The translations under genes were made by a program, and so were the position numbers. 64,000 bases of DNA, taken from an uncultured delta proteobacterium. GTDB taxonomy: Bacteria > Desulfobacterota > Binatia > Binatales > Binataceae. Shown piece after piece: positions 47,411 to 58,076 of the stretch (within the stretch, counting starts at the first letter, position 1; each line of letters opens with the position of its first letter). The notes under the pieces are model-generated. The model saw only the letters and a list, made by a program, of their open reading frames with translations, was not told where the DNA came from and did no database searches. The stretch is taken from the NCBI GenBank assembly GCA_963724765.1, contig CAVRVY010000001.1, forward strand, positions 480,001 to 544,000. Reading direction: 5' to 3'.

Positions 47411-49177
47411 TTACAGGTGCTCTGCAGGTTGGATGTTCTGTGCAGTGAAAACAGACAGCATTCCCCACTCCGTAGGTATGTCTTTCCTGGTAGCGCAGAC
47501 CCGGTATTTAGCAGGCGCAGGTAGTTCTGTAGGGCCAGGAATGATAAGCCATACCGGATAGTATTTACTTGCCACGGTATGATCGTTCAGGCCGCTAAGG
47601 TCATGAGCCAGAACAAGGAGATCGCCGGAACGTAACGCAGCCAGCCTTTGCGCGACGCTTATACCATTGAACGTTTTATCCCGGAGAAAGTTGTCTTCTG
47701 CGACATTCGGCACGAATCCACTACTTCCCGGCGGCAATATTCGTAAAAAAGGCGAACTCCGCCCAAGGTCGATTATAAGTGGTGCCGACTCCTTCGCACA
47801 CCAGGATACTGACACGGGACGGGATCGAGAATACGACCTGGCGATGGTCGCTACGAGGGGAGTGAACAGCGAGAGCACAACGATCGTAGCACTAATAATA
47901 ACAACTGTTTTGGCCGATGAGGAAAAATGCCGACTGCGGGTTGTAGAGACGCCAAACGTTCTATAAATAGCCCAGGCGCCGAGGCCTACTAACAAAGCTT
48001 GGAGAGCGTTGGTCGAAGCAAAAGTCCTGTAAGCATCCGCATTCCAGAAGGTAAACGCCGATGAGAACGCGCAACCAATAAAGGTTAGCATACACAACTG
48101 TTCGATCCTGGAACGGCTTGGTCTCAAAGCATATATCAACCCGATTGCCTCCAGTACGATGAATGGTGCACGGTACCACTGTGCATACCTATAGGCAGCA
48201 CAGCATTCCCATGGATACGTGCTGATATAGAGTAATTGATCTTTGAAAAAGCGAAGGACAAAGCTCCACATGCCTATGAGCAGCGGATAAGGGTTTGCCC
48301 TGATCATTGCAACAGCCTGTTCCATCGCGACATCGGCACGCAAACCGGGAGCACCAGGCCTCAGCACAGCCGTCCACGCTTGCCCCCCTTCGGCCAGCCC
48401 ATAAAGCACGTACCCGAAATGATCGAATGGAACAGTTCCAGGGGCTGTGTAAGACCATTTCAATAAGGCTGCGACTGCAAATCCAGACGCCACACCTGCG
48501 GCTGACAGAAGCGTCGGCGCAATTGCGAAGCCTCGTTCTCCTCTGAAACGCCGGCCGGCCCAGAGCACGAGCACAGGCAGCACAAAGAAGGGGCCAGGAC
48601 GAGCCTCCAAGCCAAGAGTAATAAGGAAAAGCCCCGTAGCGAAAAGTGGTGGCTTTTGATCATCAGTTCCCACCAATAGGAGAGTCGCTCCCAGCACGCC
48701 ATAAAGAAAGCCCGTCGGCTCCGCCATCATGGTGGTTGTAAATCTGCCTATAAAGGCAATCATCACGAGGGTCGCGATGGCAGCCGGCGTGATACCCAGT
48801 CTGTACACAACTTCCCGGACGAATAGAAATGTTGCGACTGCGACCAGAACCGTCCGCAAAATCAAGACCAATTGTAAATTTTGGCCGGAAATGTCGAGTA
48901 GCGCGGCGAAGAACACTTCATTTACAATTCGAGTCGCGCTGAATCCATCCAGCTTTCCATCGAAAAGGAGGCGAAGGCCGCCACTAAACCACCACGATGC
49001 ATCAGACCACGGAAGGTAACCGCCAATGCAGAGGTATGTCGTTTCGCCCGTCGACCAGAAAAGCCAGAGCATTTGAAAAAAAGCAAGAAATATCGCGACG
49101 AATCCTAGGATTTCGCTAAATATGATAAAATTGCCCTTCGGCCGAAAAGAAATATGTCTGCCGAATCGGCTAATCAC
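47411..49177 (-). CDS. Multi-pass membrane protein, possibly a GT-C type glycan transferase
   Basis: GG.LPWSDA, EP.G, ARPG, more than 10 hydrophobic segments; visibly lower GC. Confidence 0.55.
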   Translation of the reverse strand: MISRFGRHISFRPKGNFIIFSEILGFVAIFLAFFQMLWLFWSTGETTYLCIGGYLPWSDASWWFSGGLRLLFDGKLDGFSATRIVNEVFFAALLDISGQNLQLVLILRTVLVAVATFLFVREVVYRLGITPAAIATLVMIAFIGRFTTTMMAEPTGFLYGVLGATLLLVGTDDQKPPLFATGLFLITLGLEARPGPFFVLPVLVLWAGRRFRGERGFAIAPTLLSAAGVASGFAVAALLKWSYTAPGTVPFDHFGYVLYGLAEGGQAWTAVLRPGAPGLRADVAMEQAVAMIRANPYPLLIGMWSFVLRFFKDQLLYISTYPWECCAAYRYAQWYRAPFIVLEAIGLIYALRPSRSRIEQLCMLTFIGCAFSSAFTFWNADAYRTFASTNALQALLVGLGAWAIYRTFGVSTTRSRHFSSSAKTVVIISATIVVLSLFTPLVATIARSYSRSRPVSVSWCAKESAPLIIDLGRSSPFLRILPPGSSGFVPNVAEDNFLRDKTFNGISVAQRLAALRSGDLLVLAHDLSGLNDHTVASKYYPVWLIIPGPTELPAPAKYRVCATRKDIPTEWGMLSVFTAQNIQPAEHL

Positions 49178-49289
49178 TGCTATCTCTCATGGCGGTCTAG
49201 GCAGCTCGCCGGACGACTTGAACCAAACGTTGAATCGCGCGTCGCCTCGATGGCGATGCTATAATCGATAATATTGTACTATGTGATTA

Positions 49290-50603
49290 TTAAACGGTGT
49301 CTCGTTGACGTTCACGCTGGCGGCGCCTGCGGCTGCGCAGATAGGTATCGAGCGTGCGCCAAGGACGCGTGATGCGCCAGTAACGCGAGCGATAAACGGC
49401 CTCCAGCTCCTGATGCACGTGTTGAGAGTCCGCGCGGCTCCGTTCGAGTTCGCCTCGAGCCTGTGCCAGTTCCGTTTGTGCATGCGTCAACTCAGTAGTG
49501 GCCGCTGCGACTTCCTGCGCCAGCTCTGTGCGGACCGCTACCAACTCCGCACGGACCGCTACGAACTCCGCACGGATCGCTGCGAGCTCAGACTGAGCTC
49601 GCTCGAGCTCGGTCCTGGCACCCGCCAATGCCGATTGTGCGAGATCCAAATCGATGTGGGCCTGCATCGCATCCGCTTGCTTCTGACTAAATTGAGCCTG
49701 AAGCTGGGTCAGCGTGGCACGGGTTTGCACGTTTTCGAGGCCGATGTTTCTGATCCGCTCGAGCCAGCATGCCGCGACGTACGAATCGTATGGCGCCAGC
49801 TCATGGTGCAGACTGTCGAGGATTGCACGCCCATGTTCGCCAGGGCCGCTTCCCGGCTTGAGCGCCCTATACGCCGATACGATCCATTTGCGCAGAGGCG
49901 GCGGAAAGCGGTCGAAGTACAGGCTTTCGTGATGGCGAAGCCCGCGTTCGAGGAAATCCGCGGCACCATCCGCGACGTCCCCATGGGGCTTTGGCCACAC
50001 GATGCCGAAGGCCTGCGCGACGCGTTGCGACTCGGCTCGCGAGTCGTCCAGAAGATCGCCATAGCGGATCGTGATCCGTGGCATCGCGCGTGAATGCCGC
50101 TCGGCCTCCAGCACATAGCGCAGCCACAGCAGTCCGCTCTTGTCGGCGGAGAATCCATTGCGCAGTGCCAGCGATTCCGCCACTTCCGCTGGATGCCTCA
50201 GAACAGAGATTGCCCGCACCGGCACGCCAAGCTCGTCGAGCATCCCGAGCCAAATCGGTAACAGGCGACAGAGCCTTGGATCCTTAGCGCCCCATAACGG
50301 CTCAGTCATTAGGTCGCGCCGGATAATCTCCATCAGCTGCGTGCGAAAGGTTCGGACTCTACGATCGTACTCCCATCCCTCGGGGAGCGGACGCGGATCG
50401 TCCCACGAGGAGCCGAAGACAGCCATCAGCTCGTCGTGTATTCCCACGATCTCGGCGTGTTCGAAGTATCCCTTGGGCTGAGCGGAATCCTCGGCCATCA
50501 GGTAGGGCCCCAGGTTGACGCCGAGCGTCTCCAGCCAACCGGCGGTGGCGGAGGTGCCACTGCGATGCATCCCCAGCACTAGTATCGCCGTGCTGTCAGC
50601 CAT
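49290..50603 (-). CDS. Sulfotransferase-family protein with C-terminal coiled coil
   Basis: LGMHRSGTS, GYFE, KDPR, RHP.EVA.SL; heptad tail and S..WRIT.P.R motif. Confidence 0.85.
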   Translation of the reverse strand: MADSTAILVLGMHRSGTSATAGWLETLGVNLGPYLMAEDSAQPKGYFEHAEIVGIHDELMAVFGSSWDDPRPLPEGWEYDRRVRTFRTQLMEIIRRDLMTEPLWGAKDPRLCRLLPIWLGMLDELGVPVRAISVLRHPAEVAESLALRNGFSADKSGLLWLRYVLEAERHSRAMPRITIRYGDLLDDSRAESQRVAQAFGIVWPKPHGDVADGAADFLERGLRHHESLYFDRFPPPLRKWIVSAYRALKPGSGPGEHGRAILDSLHHELAPYDSYVAACWLERIRNIGLENVQTRATLTQLQAQFSQKQADAMQAHIDLDLAQSALAGARTELERAQSELAAIRAEFVAVRAELVAVRTELAQEVAAATTELTHAQTELAQARGELERSRADSQHVHQELEAVYRSRYWRITRPWRTLDTYLRSRRRRQRERQRDTV

Positions 50604-50693
50604 AACGCTCGCCTGGAGACGTTGCGCGAAAGCATCGACTTCGAAGGCCCCGATAGCGGCAGCGGTATCAGGCCGCTGCGAGATTCCCGGCCG

Positions 50694-53090
50694 TCACCCG
50701 TCCTGAGAAGTATCAGACGAACTGGATGGCCGGCGCAAATCTCTGAGCGCGCTCCCGAAGCCATGGGCGAAGCGGTGGTAGTTGCCCCTTAACAGTTCCC
50801 GGACGACGGGCGGCAGTCGCTTCAGGCGCCGCTGGGGTAGATTGGCGCGGACGGCATTGTAGTCCGTCCATTCCTTGAGGAGCGAGGCGATCCTGCGATT
50901 TCCGCCCATCATGAGACGCTGCCGCACTATCCCCAGGAGATCTGCTTCGCTCAGGAGCGTAGCATCAGGGCCATTGGAAATGGCGACCGGTGCGCGGTGA
51001 CTCTGCCGGCTCAGGGTCAGTGACAGCTTGACCAGATCCCGGAATGCTGGCGGCATCGCCTGCAAATACGGTCGCAGCCGGTGAGTCCTGTTGCCGTTGC
51101 CGTTGTTGGCGGCACCGTTTAGAACCGCGGGATTGTCGACCCGATACCAACCCAGCGCTCTGGGCACTACCTCCAGGCGCAAGCCCGAAAGAACTGCCTT
51201 GGCGAGGAATTCCCAGTCTTCGCACGGTCTCCAGTCAGCCGTGGCGAATCCGCCGACTCGGAGCAGGGCCTCCTTGCGCAGAAAGATACCGCCTTGGCCG
51301 TAGTAATTGTGAAAGACTCCAGGAATCAGCGCGGCGCCGAGAAACAGACGGCAACCGAGGCTGATCCCCTCATCAGGTGGGCCGTCGCCGGTGCAGAGAT
51401 CGAGAAGAGAGGTTAGTACATCCGCGTCCGTACGCTCGGCGACCTCGACCAAGGTGCGGATTTGCTCGGGCTTGGCGACCGTATGGCCGTCCATGAAGAG
51501 CAGGTAGTCGCCGTTGGCGTGCGCGGCCACGACGTCGCGCATGTCGCTGAGGCAGCCCGTGCGCCGGGTGATCATGCGCAGTCCCTTTTTGCCGGCCGCG
51601 GCATCGATGCGCTCAAGCTCGGAGTCGCTATCGCTGTCACCATCGGGAACGGCCACAATGATCTCAAGGTTGCGCCAGGACTGCGCCTGCAACGCGGCAA
51701 GCGACTGGCGCAACAACTCGGGACGTGACGGCTGCGTCAGACATACGCTGACCAGAGGCTCCGCCGTACGCATGTCCATGGCCTGGGCTTCGGAGCTGGG
51801 TCCGGGCTCGGGCCGAGTGTGCCACGCCACCCATTGGCGGCGATTCTCCTCGGGATCGACGGCTGGCTCAGCGAGCGCGACGCCATCGCGCAACGCCGCG
51901 CACAGCCGCTCAGCGAGCGCGAAGGGACTGATGGGGAAGGTCACCCGATCCACATCATGAACCGCAATCGCTTCAGGGATTCCGCCGGAGCGGCTGGCCA
52001 CAAATGGAATCCGCGCGCAAAGGCATTCCAGTATGGCGTTGGGAAGGTTGTCTACCAGCGAGGGAATCACTGCAAGCCGTCCCCCCTGGCGCAGGAAAGC
52101 GAGCGCCCCTTGCTGGTCGCGGTCGGAGATTATTTGCCAGGCAAACGGCCAGCCACTGGCGCGCTCCTCGATATAGCCGGTAGCGTCGCGGCCGACGATA
52201 TTCGCGCTCTTGCCGAGGAAGCTTACCGTGAAACGCGGCGCGTTCATGCCGACCAGCAGATCGAGCGCGTCGCAAAACAGCGCGAGCCCCTTGCGCTCCT
52301 CCAGCCGTCCGAAAAAGGTCAGCCCTGTCACTCGCTGTGGGGCGCTGGTCTCGACGCGGTCCTTCCAGGCGGTCCATAACTCGGGCGACAGGACATACTG
52401 CTGCACGTACGTTGCGCGCGGGAGACGCCAACCGTTAGCCTGCAACCAGCCGAGCAGATACTGGCTCGGACTCACGACCGCATCGGCGAGGGCGACCGAC
52501 TCGCGTTCCATGAAGTCGATCACCGGCTCGTCGACGGTCAGTGGTAGCTCGCTATTGATCTCCCGAATCCACGAAATCGGGCTGTGCACACCAACGCAGA
52601 GCACGGTATTACGAAAGTCCAGTCCCTGATGCTTGGCCAGCACGCTATAGTAGGCGTGTCCCAGAAGCTCGGGAAAATGAATAACGTCGAAGTCACGGGC
52701 GTTCAGCCAGCGATAGGCGTCGAACGAGATGCCGATGCTTTGCGGAACTTCTGCCGGATGAGTGGACGTGGGTAGCGGACAGAACTGGATGCCGCGGCGG
52801 CGGTAATAGTCCTGCCATTCGGAAATGGTGCCGTTTTCGCACCAGTTCCTGAACAGATAGAGCAAGGTTACCTGATGCCCCGCCTCGGCCAGCGCGCCGG
52901 CTAGCGCCGAATAACCAGTTCCGATACCGCCGTTGCGCGAGGGGCCGAGAAGTTCGTAACTTGCAATACACACGCGCGCCGGATTCGGCGAACACGCGTC
53001 TCGATCGCTGATCACGGGTAATTGGGGGAAAACAGCCATAAATTCAGACTGCTTTGTGAATTCTGTCCGCGTACCCCGCCGAGAATTCAT
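50694..53090 (-). CDS. Bifunctional GT4 + GT2 glycosyltransferase
   Basis: GGIGT, FFGRLEERKG, PS..DNLP...LE, then PLVSV, LLFMD, EDWEF. Confidence 0.85.
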   Translation of the reverse strand: MNSRRGTRTEFTKQSEFMAVFPQLPVISDRDACSPNPARVCIASYELLGPSRNGGIGTGYSALAGALAEAGHQVTLLYLFRNWCENGTISEWQDYYRRRGIQFCPLPTSTHPAEVPQSIGISFDAYRWLNARDFDVIHFPELLGHAYYSVLAKHQGLDFRNTVLCVGVHSPISWIREINSELPLTVDEPVIDFMERESVALADAVVSPSQYLLGWLQANGWRLPRATYVQQYVLSPELWTAWKDRVETSAPQRVTGLTFFGRLEERKGLALFCDALDLLVGMNAPRFTVSFLGKSANIVGRDATGYIEERASGWPFAWQIISDRDQQGALAFLRQGGRLAVIPSLVDNLPNAILECLCARIPFVASRSGGIPEAIAVHDVDRVTFPISPFALAERLCAALRDGVALAEPAVDPEENRRQWVAWHTRPEPGPSSEAQAMDMRTAEPLVSVCLTQPSRPELLRQSLAALQAQSWRNLEIIVAVPDGDSDSDSELERIDAAAGKKGLRMITRRTGCLSDMRDVVAAHANGDYLLFMDGHTVAKPEQIRTLVEVAERTDADVLTSLLDLCTGDGPPDEGISLGCRLFLGAALIPGVFHNYYGQGGIFLRKEALLRVGGFATADWRPCEDWEFLAKAVLSGLRLEVVPRALGWYRVDNPAVLNGAANNGNGNRTHRLRPYLQAMPPAFRDLVKLSLTLSRQSHRAPVAISNGPDATLLSEADLLGIVRQRLMMGGNRRIASLLKEWTDYNAVRANLPQRRLKRLPPVVRELLRGNYHRFAHGFGSALRDLRRPSSSSDTSQDG

Positions 53091-53092
53091 AA

Positions 53093-53878
53093 TCAAGGAA
53101 GCTTGCGGTATGCGGCCTGGAAGGTATTGGCCGTTCCGATCAGCGAGGAGTCGGTGCGGCAGCAGTACCGTGTGAAGCACCACAGCAGCGGATACAGGAT
53201 GGCCTTGCGAACGCGGCTCTTTTTCTCCTCGAGATAGTCCCAGATGATCCAACCAAGAGTCTGCGCAATCGTATGCGTTGGATGGATCGCGATCACTTCC
53301 AGCCCGCTCTCCGTACCGAGCCTCCGCATCCCCTCCCCGGTACAGCGGCGAAAATCTCCAGGGCACGAATGAAAGGGTTGCAAGAACGGTATCGCCACCA
53401 CCAGGTGACCGCCGGGGCGCAGCACCCTGATCATCTCACGAATCACCGGTTCAGGAGCCTCGACGTGCTCGAGCACAGCATTACATAGAATCGAGTCGAA
53501 CTCCGCGGCCGCGAACGGCATTTTCTCAAGCGGACCGATCAGGGCATCCGGGATTTCCGATGCGATGTCGTAGTTGACGACCTCCGTCGCGCCGAAGCCT
53601 CGCAGCGTCTCGGTGATATCGCGATTGCCGCATCCGGCGTTTAACGTCCGCCCGCCAAAATACGTCCGCAAAGGCTCGAGCTCCCACTCCAGCGGCTGGA
53701 AGTGAACCGGCCCGATCCGGAAGAAACGGGGAGCCGCGATGCCAGCGCGCCGGGCGTCGAACGCGCGCGGGGCAGGCCGCACCACCATATCACCGACGCC
53801 GTTCGCGGAATCGCTGCGGGCTCGAAGAACGCTCGACGATTGTCGCGGATGCGGCTCCGCAAGACTCTTGGCTACCAT
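53093..53878 (-). CDS. Class I SAM-dependent methyltransferase
   Basis: LNAGCG, FD.I.C.AVLEHV, RVLRPGG, PFLQPFH..P.DF.R; start uncertain. Confidence 0.85.
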   Translation of the reverse strand: MVAKSLAEPHPRQSSSVLRARSDSANGVGDMVVRPAPRAFDARRAGIAAPRFFRIGPVHFQPLEWELEPLRTYFGGRTLNAGCGNRDITETLRGFGATEVVNYDIASEIPDALIGPLEKMPFAAAEFDSILCNAVLEHVEAPEPVIREMIRVLRPGGHLVVAIPFLQPFHSCPGDFRRCTGEGMRRLGTESGLEVIAIHPTHTIAQTLGWIIWDYLEEKKSRVRKAILYPLLWCFTRYCCRTDSSLIGTANTFQAAYRKLP

Positions 53879-54393
53879 TTTTATCCCATCAGGCGGCGGC
53901 GATCGGGCGAGGCGCCGCTTTATACCGGCGGGCCATCCGAGCAAGCTCGGCCGGCAATGCGAAATCGCCTCTATGAACAGAGATCATAAGCACCGTACCG
54001 CCTCGCGCTTAACCTCGTACCTTTGTGGGCAGGGCTGCCCAAACCCATTCTGATTAGGAGCTCGCAGAAAACCAGATCAAAACAAGCATCTGGACCAACT
54101 CGATGTCAGTAGAAGCCGTATCACATCGGCGCAAGGTGATTCAAACGTTGAGCCCCCAAGAATTAAAATAGGTGGCGTTAGAATTAATTGAAGCGCAATG
54201 CAGGTCTAACCAGGGCGGCGCCCCTCGCCGATGCCAAGGCCGTAGGCGATCGAGCGCGGAGAGCCGGGTGCGGCCGGGGCGCTCGCGGCGGGTGAGCTTC
54301 CTTAAAACTTTGAAAGCGTAGAAAAATCGCTAGAGTTGTGGGTCGCCGCCGTATGGTCGCCGGCATGCTCATGCTTATTTGCGCGAACCTGCA

Positions 54394-55983
54394 TCACTGT
54401 GCTTCGGAGCAACCTGTTGGCGAAGGCGTCACTTTCTGAAATCCGACCTGCCCGCACTGCCCTGCAAACAGATAGTTGTAGCAGGTCAAGGGATCGCGGC
54501 CGGTGTTGACGAAAATCTGCCCGGTCTTGGTGGTATCGATCCATTGCGAAAAGGTGGGCCCCGGGCCGGCTGGCGAGGTTGTCTGCTGCACCGTGGTGTA
54601 GGTATAGGAGGCGGCAGAGCTGCCGGTACTGCCCATCAGGACATTCATGGTCAGGTTGGCCGGCACCTTGTGGTTGGAGTCGAAAGTCCCGGCCGGCCGT
54701 TGCTTGAAGGGCAGATCGATGAACATCTCGTTGATTCCAACATCCAGCAGGCCGGTGCCGCAGAATTGATTGGGCGTCGGGAGTTGGGGAAAGCCGTAAC
54801 AGGCCCGTTGGGCGTTCCAATCGCCGGGGACACTGGTGTTAGCCGTCAGGTTGATCCGGTTGTAGTTGGTGGTCGAGTTTATACCCAGGGTCACGCCATC
54901 TGCGGCCAATATGTAGCCGGGCCCGATGTCCGTGCCGTTACTGGTATCGGTTACATGCAAAAACGCGTTTGCGGTCGGACTGTCGAAAAGGTCGCCCGTC
55001 GTAATCTTACGGTTGAAGCCAACTCCCATGTAATGAATGCTGAATTGGGAGGTGCAGTTGGTCGGAGTCAACTTGGTGCAATTATCAACCTTACAAAACT
55101 TGTCAACACCTAGCACTATAATCGGATTGGTCTGAACGGTAGTGGTGCTGCTCCCGCTGGTAACCTGAATATCCACCGGGGCAAGATAATAGTTGCCGAA
55201 GTAAGCGTTGTTGCTGCTGTCGTAACATTTCACGCCCTGGCCTGCGGGACCGATTACTAAGGTGTTAGCGCCTCCATCGCTCTCTGGCAAATCGCTGGTG
55301 TTCACGATCGTTCCCAACGAACCGGTGTCGATGGTGTAAGTCTGGAGATGGCCTTTGACGCTGGTCGGATTGGTGTAGCCGACGGCACCTTCTATCTGAA
55401 GCTCATTAGGCACTGTACTGGTGAGGGGAACCGAATAATTTATCCTGCCAAGTGTGCAGGGCGGTGTGGTTTGCATCAAAACCTGGGTTACGCCGATCGC
55501 AGCGCCTCCTGTAACCGGATCTGCTATCCAGGCGTTGATTGAAATATTATTCGGGAAGAATGCACCGTTATAGGTGAAAGTGGCCGCCGAACCGCTGGTT
55601 ATAGGGTTGCTGGTGGGCACAATGACCCCGCTCGGAGCCCCATAGACGTCCACCTGGATAGGGTTGCTGGCGCTGGGGGTGATTGGATTCCCGTTGATGT
55701 CAAACGCGCTCATGTTGATCGTAAACTGTGAGGACACGGGGTCGCTACCCGAAGCAACATCCGCGGTAACGGGATTATTCACATAGGTGACTGCGGGCGA
55801 AAAGATCACCGCGTCGGGGGCTGGAATAACCGTAGCTGTCGGAGTCGGAGTCTGAGTCTGAGTCGGAGTGGCCGTCGCGGTCGGCGTGGGGTTGTCTCCG
55901 CAGCCAGCCGCTGAAAAGGCGATCAAAATCACGCATACCGACAGCAATGACGGAAGTGCCAACCGACAATCCGATCTGCTCAT
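54394..55983 (-). CDS. Secreted lipoprotein with Thr/Pro linker and a putative pepsin-like aspartic peptidase domain
   Basis: Lipobox AAGC, (TP/TA/TQ)n repeat, IDTGS and LLDVG motifs, MGVGF. Confidence 0.55.
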   Translation of the reverse strand: MSRSDCRLALPSLLSVCVILIAFSAAGCGDNPTPTATATPTQTQTPTPTATVIPAPDAVIFSPAVTYVNNPVTADVASGSDPVSSQFTINMSAFDINGNPITPSASNPIQVDVYGAPSGVIVPTSNPITSGSAATFTYNGAFFPNNISINAWIADPVTGGAAIGVTQVLMQTTPPCTLGRINYSVPLTSTVPNELQIEGAVGYTNPTSVKGHLQTYTIDTGSLGTIVNTSDLPESDGGANTLVIGPAGQGVKCYDSSNNAYFGNYYLAPVDIQVTSGSSTTTVQTNPIIVLGVDKFCKVDNCTKLTPTNCTSQFSIHYMGVGFNRKITTGDLFDSPTANAFLHVTDTSNGTDIGPGYILAADGVTLGINSTTNYNRINLTANTSVPGDWNAQRACYGFPQLPTPNQFCGTGLLDVGINEMFIDLPFKQRPAGTFDSNHKVPANLTMNVLMGSTGSSAASYTYTTVQQTTSPAGPGPTFSQWIDTTKTGQIFVNTGRDPLTCYNYLFAGQCGQVGFQKVTPSPTGCSEAQ

Positions 55984-56466
55984 TTAGCCACAGCTCCTTT
56001 AATGAAGAATCGACATGAATGCCCCGCGCTTGCGCCCCTGGCCTGTCAGGAGCGCTCGGGCGCCTCGAATTGGGCGGCGGGAGGCGTTTTATGGATAATG
56101 AAATCTGGGTCGAGCTTATGCCGGGTTTCATCCTCGCCTTATCGAAGAGATTGAGCAGGATATCCCGGTTACGGTCGTTTGCTCCATCGGCTTGCCGCGT
56201 AGCTCGGGCCGTAGCTGCTGCTCAACGCTCGCAAAATAGCTGTTGAAACGACGTACAGCCAGCGCAGAGACAGCGCGGACGGCGTAATTATTGAGGGGCA
56301 CACGTCATTATCCGGAAAGCTTGCAGTCGAGTTGATCGGGTGAGCGTGATGCTCGCGCCACAGAAAGCTTCAATACTGATCGTGTCGGCGCAGCCACGCC
56401 ATCGAGAAGTCGAATCCGACCTCGTCGCGGCGTTTGGGGGAAGGTCGAGGAAATGGTAGGCGCGGT

Positions 56467-57213
56467 TCAGCGCCTGCCGGTTCCCAGGTCGTCCGAATAC
56501 CCGGCCTTCAGGCGAGACCACTGGGCGGTGGGACGTCCATCGGTACGGGTATTTTGCTTGCCTTTAAACCGTTGTGGCCAGCGGGTCGGCGAGTCCTCCC
56601 ACGTCTCCTGCCGCCCGTAGACGGTCAAGTCGAGCAACCGATAGCTGTTATCCATCGCCTCGACGCCGCGCCTCGTCGTCCAGTAAGTCTCGAAGACCTT
56701 GGATCCTTGTCGCAGGTAACAAACGATGTGCATCATGCCCACCCGGCGTCCAACCAAGAGGGTGTCGAGCGACTCCTGGGCCGAGTACCAAGGCATCTCC
56801 CAGCCCATGAAGTCGCGGTACCGGGCGCTCTCTTCGTACGGGCCTTGGCAAAACGTGGCGTAGGTGACGTCGCGAGAATGAATATAGGACAGCTCGCGGA
56901 TCTGCGATGTAACCCAGGTGCACCCCTCGCACTGCTCCGGCGCAGGGTGGCCGGTGTGCCACATGAAGTAGTAGGCGATGAGCATCCGGCGTCCCTCAAA
57001 CGCGTCCAATAGTGTCACCGCGCCACGTTCGCCAATGAGCGGTGTGGCGCCATCCACCTCGACCATGGGGAGCCGTCGGCGGCCGGCCGCAATGGCATCG
57101 CCTTCTCTTGTGTGAGCCTTTTCTCGAACCCGCAATGCGTCCAGCTCCGCCTGGAAGGTGCTCCGATCGACTACCTTAGGGGCTCTAGGTTCATCTCTCA
57201 TAAAGTCTTTCAT
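56467..57213 (-). CDS. DUF899 family thioredoxin-like protein
   Basis: REKAHTR..DA.AA.RRRLPMV, F.GR..L..Y.FMW, CEGC, DLT.YGRQE.WEDSP. Confidence 0.85.
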   Translation of the reverse strand: MKDFMRDEPRAPKVVDRSTFQAELDALRVREKAHTREGDAIAAGRRRLPMVEVDGATPLIGERGAVTLLDAFEGRRMLIAYYFMWHTGHPAPEQCEGCTWVTSQIRELSYIHSRDVTYATFCQGPYEESARYRDFMGWEMPWYSAQESLDTLLVGRRVGMMHIVCYLRQGSKVFETYWTTRRGVEAMDNSYRLLDLTVYGRQETWEDSPTRWPQRFKGKQNTRTDGRPTAQWSRLKAGYSDDLGTGRR

Positions 57214-57323
57214 CGTTCTCTCCGTTAGCCTTCTCGCTCGTGTCGTTAATGAACCCGGAATTCCGTTTTGACTCTCCGATTTAAACTTCCGTATAGGCCG
57301 GACGACCTCTCTCCGCAAGGGTT

Positions 57324-57548
57324 TCAGCCGGTTTTGATCGAGGGTGTTCCCAGCGGGGACGAGATGGTTTTTTCGAGATACAGCGACTCGGAGTTCTGTG
57401 CGCGATCGACGCCGCCCGAAACGGTGAGATAATTTTCCGGCGTCGCGTCATTCCCGATGAAGTCACTGACGTACGATCGCGGGGTAGGGTCGGCGCGCGC
57501 CGCCCTGGCGCACATTAATGTCGATGCTATCCCGAATAGTATGAACAA
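57324..57548 (-). pseudogene. Fragment of a secreted/outer-membrane protein, apparently truncated
   Basis: Signal-like ...CARAARA followed by a short polar segment; abuts the IS remnant. Confidence 0.3.
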
Positions 57549-57549
57549 C

Positions 57550-57920
57550 GCCGCCTTTGAAACTGCGAATCGATCGCTGGCTGTTGGTACGGCTGTGTCG
57601 ACTGTACCCGTCGCTTCTGGACGCGATCACGATCCGCTGGCACCGACGCGGTTTTCGCGCCTACTGGCGCTGGAAGCCCCGCCACGTCGGCGGCCGTCCA
57701 CGGATTGATTCCTAGATGCGATGCGAGCGCTGATCCGGCGGATGAGCCGCGAGAAGCCGCTCTGTGGCGCATCGCGGATCCGCGGCGAATTGTTGATGCT
57801 TGAATCGAGTCGCTGAATCAACCGTCGGCAGGTATATGGTCCGGCGCCGCCGACCACCGTCCCACGGTTGGAAGACTTTTCTGCGTAATCATGGCGCTGG
57901 CATCGCTTCGCTGGACTCTG
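57550..57920 (+). mobile_element. N-terminal remnant of an IS-like integrase-core transposase
   Basis: Broken frames give DRWLLV.L.RLYPS, WHRRGFRAYWRWK, GGRPRID, LIRRMSRE.PL.GA.RI.GELLML, STV.RYM, WKTFLRNH. Confidence 0.8.
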
Positions 57921-58076
57921 TCCGGTGCTTGCAAGTTCGACCTAGACTAACTTATCAACTGGTACCAAACATCGGGCAGCCCATCGGCACCGCGAGCTTC
58001 GCGCTGTCGGGGTCTGGTATCGGAACCAAGGGAGCGGAGTCAGATTTTGAATCATAGTTACGCTGATGACACTGGA

